In this document: piece after piece, positions 28,301-34,829 of the stretch | Layout: each line of letters begins with the position of its first letter | How positions within the stretch are numbered: position 1 is the stretch's first letter | Source: Pseudomonadota bacterium | GTDB taxonomy: Bacteria; Pseudomonadota; Gammaproteobacteria; Burkholderiales; Sulfuriferulaceae | Direction of reading: 5' to 3' | Length of the DNA stretch: 34,829 bases | Assembly: GCA_021790625.1 (NCBI GenBank) | Contig: JAJYGL010000239.1 | Coordinates: forward strand, 1 to 34,829 | Notes under the pieces: generated by a model | Databases searched by the model: none | Seen by the model: only the letters and a program-made list of their open reading frames with translations | What the model was told of the DNA's origin: nothing | Made by a program: the position numbers and the translations under genes

Positions 28301-28983
28301 ATGATGGTGAACCCGTTGTTCAGCGTGCCTTTCGCATTGGTGACATCCACCAGTACTGCAGCATTGGAACTGAACCACGAGCTTTGTTCCGCAAAGCCCG
28401 TGTTCTGGTAATCCACAAACGCACCATTTGCCAACGAAGTCGTCGTCACCGCCTGACCGTTGGTGGAGATGACCAGCGGGTCGATGACCTGGTTCTGGGC
28501 GTTGCCAAGTAAACCAGAAACAATGTTGGCAAGTGTACTGCTGTCGGCAGCCCCCTGAATTCCGTTATTGATTGCATTGTCCAACAGATCTGTTAATGAA
28601 CTTAGAGTTGAAATCAAATCACTACCGTAATTTGCAGATGCGCTAATCAGAGCGCCCGCAAGAACAAGCTCCGGATTATCAGTCACGTTACCAACCGAAC
28701 TTATCAGTCCTCCCAAGCTACCAATTACATCGGAAATTGAACCAGTGCCAGCCTCGTATTGACTGATGTTATACATCAATGTTACTGCATTCGTTTGGAG
28801 TAAATTCCCGTTTAAAAAACCTTTTAGGTAATCATTTTGACTCAAATCGAAAACAAGCCCAGCCACATCTTGAGAAAAGACAAGAAAATTACTTGTTGTT
28901 TGATTTTGATACCAGGCATTAAAATCATGATAAGTATTACTCAAATCCAACAAATTTCCAGGTGTAAGAATTTTTCCAGCCAT
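25333..28983 (-). CDS. 1216-aa T1SS-secreted RTX-related protein with FrpC-like self-processing module
   Basis: GGAGG RBS. D168-P169 'IDPLVI' is followed by SPM-like GFTQLATLDTNHDGVINASDTDFNQIEIW...LETLAQAGITSISL; G/N/T/S beta-repeats; C-terminal QLWFSRSGNNLLI...LVQAMA...LAANWH typical of RTX-family C-termini. Confidence 0.88.
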   Translation of the reverse strand: MAGKILTPGNLLDLSNTYHDFNAWYQNQTTSNFLVFSQDVAGLVFDLSQNDYLKGFLNGNLLQTNAVTLMYNISQYEAGTGSISDVIGSLGGLISSVGNVTDNPELVLAGALISASANYGSDLISTLSSLTDLLDNAINNGIQGAADSSTLANIVSGLLGNAQNQVIDPLVISTNGQAVTTTSLANGAFVDYQNTGFAEQSSWFSSNAAVLVDVTNAKGTLNNGFTIIGSSTTNQNGNKLGQAGFTQLATLDTNHDGVINASDTDFNQIEIWVGSNGQPGSGHLETLAQAGITSISLNSTAVNTTDANGDKTLATSTVTYGNGTTGTLSDMNMSINTSNTIDESAGTVNSAYANLPDVAGWGDVHNLQVAMALDTTGNLANLVKQYLAATPAEQPSLISNLIFTWTGVQNNSPEEAYHFTGDTREIDALSKFVGAQYSNNSGWSTTLVTMAGVPMVEAAWNQLVNYVSGCLLNYGTNQNLLTDVKLSYNPTTQSFTYDVSGLVNALSSMSTMQQLEFGTFLSGSSAYNGIVSALNAYYPSPSTLFQNTIATLGTTRQASVVVSSNDASLVLDSSTILSGSNDTVSVGTPVTLTLASGSGNTVTQSGNFINFFVQAANSSNTLSGNTGTFDVTAQATGDVLTLAGGGNTLTQTGGDAFGSVSVTGSSDTLNLTSTGVAVTVSGNSDTLNLGGSTITASNANSLTVNGNGNTIDTSGITTLNLSGDATLTGSNDTVNMGASTLTLANGSNDTITETVYHGTADVIEQAANTSTTIAGYYGIFDVTANATGDALTLAGYGNALNQTGGDAFSSVSVTGSEDTLDLTSTGAAVTVSGNGYYDTLDLTSSTVTASSTNYLTVNGNGNTVDTSGVANLTVNGNSSVIDATSGLTNLTVNGGSSTITASGVGTMNLTGSATLTGSNDTVNMGASTLTLASGSNDTITETVYHGTADVIEQAANTSTTIAGYYGIFDVTANATGDALTLAGYGNALNQTGGDAFGSVSVTGSYDTLNLTSSGVAVNVSSNYSTLNLTGDTVNDNNVSGLTVGGNSNTINVTGTTGLTINGNSDTINATGVTGLVVNGNATMNGSNNSVNMGSAATLTLANGSGANSFSVSNGASDTLAFGSDVTADQLWFSRSGNNLLITVDGTSETETVTNWFDSTYYQIGTVRDGSGDTISASGINSLVQAMASMTPPPSGQMNLSTTQQQQLAPVLAANWH
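26000..26811. repeat. Intragenic direct repeat, 248 bp, copies at 26000-26247 and 26564-26811
   Basis: The copies are 564 bp (188 codons) apart; I saw one mismatch (ccactgg vs ccattgg, Ser/Asn). A more diverged copy lies at about 26995-27250. Confidence 0.9.
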
Positions 28984-28997
28984 GTGAAATCCTCCAT

Positions 28998-29453
28998 TTA
29001 CTTTAGAATTCGATCAAAAAAAACAGAAAACATCATTGTCATCATTGTGGCCACAACATTAATCTGTGCCAGAACATGAATATAACCACAAATTTTTCTA
29101 AATATGCTGATATTGCTTGTCATGGTAGAATAAAACATAGGTATCAAAGGCGCCAGCGCCCATCCAGCTCTGTAACTAACATGATCTTTCATGCTCCTTT
29201 GATACACATCAGGTGAATAGAAAAGTTGCGCAAGATAGTTTCCTAATATCCATATAATAATTGCAGATAAAATAAAAATGTTTCGATGCGAAAACAAAAA
29301 ATTGCTTTCACTGAAATAGTGCACGGCAAATCCAGTGAAAATCCCTAAAAATAGACCAACAAGCGGAAAGTAACGAAGCACAATCCAGGCCAACTTATGA
29401 AGTTTATTCATATTAAAATTTAAAGTGATTGTTGAACCGCTATTCAGCATCAA
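28998..29453 (-). CDS. Hypothetical small multi-pass membrane protein (candidate immunity protein)
   Basis: AT-rich ORF with 3-4 hydrophobic segments, ending 14 bp before the secreted-protein start; start codon uncertain. Confidence 0.7.
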   Translation of the reverse strand: MMLNSGSTITLNFNMNKLHKLAWIVLRYFPLVGLFLGIFTGFAVHYFSESNFLFSHRNIFILSAIIIWILGNYLAQLFYSPDVYQRSMKDHVSYRAGWALAPLIPMFYSTMTSNISIFRKICGYIHVLAQINVVATMMTMMFSVFFDRILK

Positions 29454-29492
29454 TGCAAGCTTATTCGATACGAATTTCTGTTAAAAATCGTT

Positions 29493-30065
29493 TTACTCCA
29501 CTCCGTTGCGCGCATCGTTATCGCCACCATCTTCCACCCTGATATGTATCCCGCCATACGCCGCTGCGATCAACCACCAGAAAGCCAGTACCTGCATAAT
29601 AATTTCAACGATGAAAAGCTTTGCAGGCAGAATGATTCCATAATCATGCAATATATACGACAGAGCTTTGACGAAAACGCGCCATCCCTGAACCAGCAAT
29701 ATTGTTCTCCAGAAAACCCCCCAGACCAAGGCCAATGCATGCTTGGCTGATAGCGGCAGATTGAGAAGTCGCCCGTTTTCTGTGACTGCTATTCGCCATT
29801 TTTTACCACGAACATTGACAGGTTTCCTGAAAAGTTTGCTGGAAAAAACATACCACTGAATTCCAAAAATCGAAATTATTGTAAAGATTATGATACCAAA
29901 ATGGGGATCATGATGGGTTTGCGACACCCCCATCAGCTTTATGAACAGACCGTAAAAAATGATACTGATCAAGGCGAAGCCGATTATATAAAGCAGTGAC
30001 CAGCGAAATAATCGCGACCACAAAATAAAGGAAATGAAGAACATTGATTTATTTGAAATTTTCAT
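29493..30065 (-). CDS. Hypothetical multi-pass membrane protein (candidate immunity/accessory protein)
   Basis: AT-rich 190-aa ORF with about 4 hydrophobic segments; GGGGG before the ATG; co-oriented with the T1SS operon. Confidence 0.7.
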   Translation of the reverse strand: MKISNKSMFFISFILWSRLFRWSLLYIIGFALISIIFYGLFIKLMGVSQTHHDPHFGIIIFTIISIFGIQWYVFSSKLFRKPVNVRGKKWRIAVTENGRLLNLPLSAKHALALVWGVFWRTILLVQGWRVFVKALSYILHDYGIILPAKLFIVEIIMQVLAFWWLIAAAYGGIHIRVEDGGDNDARNGVE

Positions 30066-30327
30066 TCAAGCCCCCACCCACTGCCAAAAAATATATTTAA
30101 AATTTGAGTAAGGCTTAATCATCCGATCGTGACTCTACGTAAGACAAATTCTTACAGACCGCCGCGTTTTTTTCTGCGGGGATGATACTCCTTGTTCAAA
30201 ACCATTACAACATAATTGTTATGAATGATATATGACAGCCAACCTACATCCATCAACCAACCTCCCTGCCACACGGTGACCCAGATATTACGTGCTCGGC
30301 TCTGGTTTATGCATTCCAGCACTGACA

Positions 30328-30804
30328 CTAAAACCCGAACATCCTCCGTTGCTCCTGCCAGTCCACCGGCACATCTGTCTCGCGACCACGCAACGTATGC
30401 AGATTGAGATGACGAGGCTGACGTCCTTCAAGGATGGCCTGCACGATGTCGGGCGCCAGCCGTGTCAGCCGTAACACCTCCGCGACCCAGCCTGGTTCCA
30501 GCCGGAGTTGCCGGGCCAATTCTGCGATGTTGGCGACTTTGCCGGTATCCAGCAATTTCTGCCAATAGCAGGCTTTGCCCAATGTGCGGATCATGGGCAG
30601 ATCAAATGATGATTTGACCTGTGCGCTGCTGTTTCCCGGCGGCGGAACCAATACCTTGCTGTAACTGCGACGCTTGATGCTCAATGGCACGAAGGTCACG
30701 GAGCGGCCACCAGCTTCAAACTGGCGTGCATCGCCCGCCATCATGATTTCCACCTTTCGCCGCGCCACCACTGCATGGAAGTTCCCGGTATCTGTTTCCA
30801 TCAC
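30328..30804 (-). CDS. Conserved hypothetical protein that accompanies island serine recombinases (HTH-like)
   Basis: TFVPLSIKRR, YWQKLLDTG...ELARQLRL...VLRLTRLAPDIVQAILEGRQP, PVDWQEQR; overlaps the recombinase stop. Confidence 0.8.
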   Translation of the reverse strand: MMETDTGNFHAVVARRKVEIMMAGDARQFEAGGRSVTFVPLSIKRRSYSKVLVPPPGNSSAQVKSSFDLPMIRTLGKACYWQKLLDTGKVANIAELARQLRLEPGWVAEVLRLTRLAPDIVQAILEGRQPRHLNLHTLRGRETDVPVDWQEQRRMFGF

Positions 30805-32222
30805 ACCATCTCCATTTCATCAACCGAATCCACCGCTGCGTCACGCTGTTCCTCGACGAAGGGATGACGTTCGAGTTCCCGTCGGAATGCTTGCCAGCCG
30901 TCATCACGCCAAACGATATCCAGCCCATCGGCGCGCAATTGCACCCGTTCGATCAGGAGCCGCACGATCCGGTGTTGCTCAACCGGAAACAGGTGATCCC
31001 ACACGGTGCCGATCTGGCGCATGGCAACCATGATGGTGGGTTCGTCAAGGGAGTTGCGTTCCTGCAAAGTCTGAGCGGATTGCCATACCGCAACCATTAT
31101 CTCGGGGGCTTGCAAAACTTGATGTACTTGGGACAAGACGGCAGTCTCGATTTCTACCGCTGGCAGTGCTCCCATACCACACCGGCCTGGCTGACTTGAT
31201 GCGCCGGCATTCTGTCGCTTTTCCAGATATGGAACATAGTACCGGTACCGCCGCCCATCTTTTTTGGTGGTGTGCGACGGAATCATGCGCTGCCCGTCCG
31301 GCGCGTACAGCAAACCCGACAGTAGTGCGGGGTTTGATGTGTGCTGCACCCGTGGGCCTCGTTTGCGCCCGTCGATCACCGCATGAACCGCATCCCACAC
31401 TTCCCGGTCGATGATCGCTTGATGCTGACCGGGATAAGATTGACCGTGATTGCTGATTTCACCGAGGTAGAGCCGGTTGCGCATCATCGAGAACAGATAC
31501 TGCTGGTCGATGGTTCTGCCGGGACGATGGCGCCCCGTTTGGGTGATCCAGGATTTTGTTGTGCGGCCCTCAATTTTCAGCTCGCGTACCAATTGCGCTG
31601 CCGAGCCGTGCTCGGCATAGCGGATGAAGATGTCGCGCACCAGATCTGCCTCCGACTCGTTGATGACCAGCTTGCGATCCTTGACGTCGTATCCCAGTGG
31701 CGGCATACCACCCATCCACATGCCCTTGGCCTTGCTCGCCGCCAGTTTGTCGCGGATGCGCTCACCGGTCACTTCGCGTTCGAACTGGGCAAAGGAGAGC
31801 AGGATGTTGAGCGTGAGGCGCCCCATGCTGGTTGTGGTATTGAACTGCTGGGTGACGGATACGAAGGTCACGCCGTGAGCATCGAACAGGTCGACAATCT
31901 TGGCGAAGTCACCGAGCGAGCGCGACAGCCGGTCGATCTTGTAGACCACCACGACATCGACGCGGCCATCCTCGATGTCAGCGAGTAGCCGCTTCAAGGC
32001 CGGGCGGTTCATGTTGCCGCCTGAAAACCCACCATCGTCATAACCATCGTCGATGGCAATCCAGCCCTCATGCCGCTGGCTGGCAATGAAGGCAAGCGCG
32101 GCATCCCGTTGCGCTTCCAGGCTGTTGTATTCCTGATCCAGCCCCTCGTCCGTGGATTTGCGGGTATAGACGGCGCAACGACGCTTCGGTGTCGTGGCAG
32201 GAGATGATGTCGATGGTTTCAT
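30801..32222 (-). CDS. Large serine recombinase (resolvase + recombinase domains)
   Basis: CAVYTRKS (catalytic Ser), YDDGGFSGGNMNRPALKRLL, VYKIDRLSRS, FAQFEREVTGERIRDK, GGMPPLGYD, HQAIID. Confidence 0.95.
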   Translation of the reverse strand: MKPSTSSPATTPKRRCAVYTRKSTDEGLDQEYNSLEAQRDAALAFIASQRHEGWIAIDDGYDDGGFSGGNMNRPALKRLLADIEDGRVDVVVVYKIDRLSRSLGDFAKIVDLFDAHGVTFVSVTQQFNTTTSMGRLTLNILLSFAQFEREVTGERIRDKLAASKAKGMWMGGMPPLGYDVKDRKLVINESEADLVRDIFIRYAEHGSAAQLVRELKIEGRTTKSWITQTGRHRPGRTIDQQYLFSMMRNRLYLGEISNHGQSYPGQHQAIIDREVWDAVHAVIDGRKRGPRVQHTSNPALLSGLLYAPDGQRMIPSHTTKKDGRRYRYYVPYLEKRQNAGASSQPGRCGMGALPAVEIETAVLSQVHQVLQAPEIMVAVWQSAQTLQERNSLDEPTIMVAMRQIGTVWDHLFPVEQHRIVRLLIERVQLRADGLDIVWRDDGWQAFRRELERHPFVEEQRDAAVDSVDEMEMV

Positions 32223-32683
32223 GCTTGTCCTTTCCGGCGTTCACGATGACAGGGTTTCAATCCGAAAAACACCGGTCCCGAGTAGTTGGTGCCGGTAATG
32301 GCGCGTGCCACAGCCGTGAGGCTTTTGTAGGGATGCCCCTGGTATTCAAAGCGTCCATCATCGAGTACGGTCACGTGATGGTCGATACCGTCGAATTCAC
32401 GTACCAGCATGGTTCCGGGCGCAATCCGGCTTTCCGATCGGCGCTTCTGGTTGGGCACCTCTCCGGTCTCGCCGATTTTTTCCAGGCGGCGGCGAATGGT
32501 TGCAGACAAACCGCCGAAAGCCCGCTCCTGCAGTTTGTACGCGATACGGCTTTCCAGATAGGTGCGATGGTGATGCCCCGGGCGACGATCGAAAAACTCG
32601 TCCCAAAGTCCCCACAGATTTTCCATGGAAAGATCGGGCAACTGCGCGATTTGCGCCGTTACGTTGGTTGCATGTGTCGTCAT
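32219..32683 (-). CDS. DUF2924-family protein
   Basis: LESRIAYKLQERAFGGL, PGTMLVREFDG, YKSLTAVARAITGT.YSGPVFFGL; ATG 32683 with GGAG RBS; coupled to the recombinase. Confidence 0.88.
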   Translation of the reverse strand: MTTHATNVTAQIAQLPDLSMENLWGLWDEFFDRRPGHHHRTYLESRIAYKLQERAFGGLSATIRRRLEKIGETGEVPNQKRRSESRIAPGTMLVREFDGIDHHVTVLDDGRFEYQGHPYKSLTAVARAITGTNYSGPVFFGLKPCHRERRKGQA

Positions 32684-32904
32684 TGGCGAACTCCTTCTTG
32701 ATAAGACGGGTTCACATGAACGCTCTGGTTGCCAGTAATAGCAAGACGAACCGCACTCGATTCGCGTGATTCGCAACCAGGGGGAACGGCGTGCATTCGC
32801 AATAGTGCTGCGGCCAGAAGATCGGCGATTTCGCGTTGCGGGCGCCGGGGACGGGGTTCTGTCACCGACTGGCGAAGAGTAGAGGGGAATTCCGGTTTTG
32901 ACAT
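32680..32904 (-). CDS. Small hypothetical protein of the island backbone
   Basis: 74 aa, EIADLLAAALLR...NQSVHVNP; stop overlaps the DUF2924 start (ATGA). Confidence 0.6.
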   Translation of the reverse strand: MSKPEFPSTLRQSVTEPRPRRPQREIADLLAAALLRMHAVPPGCESRESSAVRLAITGNQSVHVNPSYQEGVRQ

Positions 32905-33045
32905 GGTTGGCGATCCTGATGGAAAACGCTGTCCATGGTATCGCCCAACCCGATGCGGAGTAACTCGTTTGGTGGGGAATGTGCGGTAATGACGGGCCGA
33001 TCGGGATTCAACCCGTCAAGTGAATATCGAGGAGACTGAAACCCT

Positions 33046-33969
33046 CTACCTCACGGGAGGTTGCCCGCTATCGATGAAACGATCGAATGTGTCGTGCGTC
33101 TCCTCATCCTCCCATCCGCTGCGCACATATTGTCGTGGCGGCGCCGACTCCAGCATCAGCAAGGACAGCACCCGATTGCCACCGGGATAGCTGTGTTTCA
33201 GTTCCCGAATCTTGATGTCATTGGCCTCACTGGTGCACCAGATGTTCGCCGTCATGTCGACACCATCCCACTCCTGCTCGACGGAGTCATCGGCGGCCAG
33301 TGTGCCGTACAGCGGCTCTTGCGGATCAGAGGTCTTGCGCAAACGCACGCGGGTCTTGCGGGCTTCGCCGCTGGGCCACTGATATTTTAAGAAGCCATGA
33401 TCCCAGTACACCAGCATGGCACGCTGCTCGGTGTACTTGACGATGCGGATCGACATCGATTCCAGGGATACCCCGAACTCTTTGGCCAGATCGCCGATCA
33501 GATGGAAATCGATACGCTTGCCCGCAATCCGGTCACGCAGCATGTCGCCGGGCATCAACAGGTTGCTCGCGAAATCATCGGCTTCGCGTTCGATCTGCTT
33601 CAGGTTGTCGATGCCGGAATAGACGCTTTCCTTATCACACAGGAAACTGGGCTGGCTAGTGCGGTGCAGAATGAAATGTCCAAGCTCGTGGGCGATGGTG
33701 AAGCGTCTCCGTTCTGGCCGAGCCTTGGGGTTCACGAAAATCCCCCACTCGATTTCATTCTCCGGGTTGCGCACCAGTGCGCCTTCACTGGCATTCCAGG
33801 TCAGGTCGGCGGGTTCCTTGATCACGCTTCCACGACCGAACGGAGTGTCGGGCAATACCTGACGCACGAGATTCAAATCGATCGGCAGAGTCCGTAAACC
33901 CATTGCATCGAGCCAATTCAGGATGCGGACAGCTGCCTTGAATGCGTTCAGGTCGTCCGTGGCGGTCAA
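33046..33969 (-). CDS. ImmA/IrrE-family zinc metallopeptidase
   Basis: RRRFTIAHELGHFILH (HExxH), EREADDFASNLLMP, LAKEFGVS; TTG start overlaps the XRE stop. Confidence 0.92.
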   Translation of the reverse strand: MTATDDLNAFKAAVRILNWLDAMGLRTLPIDLNLVRQVLPDTPFGRGSVIKEPADLTWNASEGALVRNPENEIEWGIFVNPKARPERRRFTIAHELGHFILHRTSQPSFLCDKESVYSGIDNLKQIEREADDFASNLLMPGDMLRDRIAGKRIDFHLIGDLAKEFGVSLESMSIRIVKYTEQRAMLVYWDHGFLKYQWPSGEARKTRVRLRKTSDPQEPLYGTLAADDSVEQEWDGVDMTANIWCTSEANDIKIRELKHSYPGGNRVLSLLMLESAPPRQYVRSGWEDEETHDTFDRFIDSGQPPVR

Positions 33970-34319
33970 GATTTATTCTCCGACCCCGCTTTTGTCGGAG
34001 TACCGAACATGAGTTTCAACGCATCGCGGTATTTGCTTTTTTCAGCCTCACTCATACCAGCATATTCGCGGAAAAATGCGACGTCGGTCGGGCTTGGGCT
34101 TTGCATTGACTCAACGGGCTCACCGAGCAAATCCTGGATGGTGACTCCGAGCGTCTTGGCGATGGCATTCAGTCTTTCTGCGGTGGGTTTCTGGCCCTCG
34201 CGCATCTCCAATTCCCAGATATAGGCTTTGGTGCAGCCGACGTTGTCTGCCACCTGCTGCAGGGTCAGCCCCTTGGCTTCCCGAAATTCCCGCAGCCGCT
34301 TTCCAAATGGGTTTTGCAT
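33966..34319 (-). CDS. XRE-family HTH transcriptional regulator
   Basis: FGKRLREFREAKGLTLQQVADNVGCTKAYIWELE...PTAERLNAIAKTLGVTIQDLL. Confidence 0.93.
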   Translation of the reverse strand: MQNPFGKRLREFREAKGLTLQQVADNVGCTKAYIWELEMREGQKPTAERLNAIAKTLGVTIQDLLGEPVESMQSPSPTDVAFFREYAGMSEAEKSKYRDALKLMFGTPTKAGSENKS

Positions 34320-34350
34320 GGAATTCTCAATTTTATGATCAGACCGTCGG

Positions 34351-34422
34351 AGTATAGCAGAGAGAGCCTAATTGATGAAGATGTCCTGCTTTGATTGACA
34401 AGCGGAATTACGGGCGTAGAAT
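34351..34422. promoter_or_regulatory. Divergent promoters between the XRE gene and the rightward gene
   Basis: Plus strand TTGACA (34395-34400)-16 bp-TAGAAT (34417-34422); minus strand extended -10 TGcTATACT (34359-34351). Confidence 0.6.
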
Positions 34423-34549
34423 GGTAAATGTATCGTTCTGCTTTACTTTGTGTGCGATGCAGGCTTTTTTCGTGAAACCCAGTCGCCGCCGGCAGCGCGA
34501 ACGTCCACAAGACCCGAGCCCCTCGACGACAGCTCATAAGGATCAAAAA

Positions 34550-34829
34550 ATGAAGACTTACGCTGACGTTCTGTTCCACCTGCCGGTTGACGGCACCCTG
34601 CGCACCTACCTCGAAAACCAGGGACTGGCGCTGCCCCCTGAATTTGACTGGGCCGACAACGCCACAACGACCGAGCGCCTGATCGAGGCGATCCGGGAAT
34701 ATCCCGAGACCAAGGTACGCGACAAAATCGTAGCCGGATTGCAAGTGAGCGATCAGCTTGCTCACCCGCGCGGCAAACAGGCGATGTTCCAGATCGGCAC
34801 CTGGCATGCCGATGCCTTGATGGGTCTGA
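34550..34829 (+). CDS. Hypothetical protein, 5' part (runs off the window)
   Basis: TAAGGA RBS, ATG 34550, open to the end: MKTYADVLFHLPVDGTLRTYLENQGLALPPEFDW... Absent from the ORF track, presumably because it has no stop in the window. Confidence 0.75.
   Translation, partial: MKTYADVLFHLPVDGTLRTYLENQGLALPPEFDWADNATTTERLIEAIREYPETKVRDKIVAGLQVSDQLAHPRGKQAMFQIGTWHADALMGL

Larger units (their letters stand above)
20027..34829. mobile_element. Genomic island adjacent to tRNA-Ala, with a serine-recombinase/DUF2924/XRE-ImmA backbone and T1SS cargo; continues beyond the window
   Basis: Starts at the tRNA 3' end; contains a large serine recombinase module; abrupt composition changes near 28500 and 30250. 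The second att site is not visible, so the boundaries are inferred. Confidence 0.7.

Noticed and set aside
34265-34807. 180-aa minus-strand ORF
   Set aside because: It crosses the promoter region and is antisense to the plus-strand ORF at 34550, which has a good RBS.

Overview
Betaproteobacterial chromosome segment, probably from a chemolithoautotroph (Nitrosomonadales-like; inferred from gene content only). Left part (1-19950): probable topA 3' end, an orphan LivJ-type binding protein, selD, and a scar where a frameshifted, 3'-truncated periplasmic binding-protein gene meets a 5'-truncated histidine kinase. Next come tilS, accA, slyD, a RoxA/YcfD-type JmjC hydroxylase, a Gln-rich orphan, and a form II RuBisCO operon (cbbM-cbbQ-cbbO) with CbbR-type boxes but no adjacent cbbR. 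These are followed by a NYN RNase gene, two degenerate EAL-HDOD genes, and a TlpA plus Cys-motif outer-membrane protein pair. Right part (from tRNA-Ala(CGC) at 19951): a genomic island with an XRE / ImmA-IrrE / DUF2924 / large serine recombinase backbone and a type I secretion cargo. Two candidates for undescribed systems stand out. (1) The NYN RNase is preceded by a near-consensus promoter, two ~24-25-nt repeated hairpins and a UUCG stem-loop, the layout of a type III (RNA antitoxin) toxin-antitoxin locus but with a non-canonical toxin fold. (2) A T1SS substrate has an AT-rich N-terminal domain that ends at an FrpC-type Asp-Pro self-processing site and is preceded by two AT-rich membrane-protein genes, suggesting an N-terminally polymorphic toxin/immunity cassette with Asp-depleted calcium motifs. 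All functional calls come from motif recognition by eye; no searches were run.
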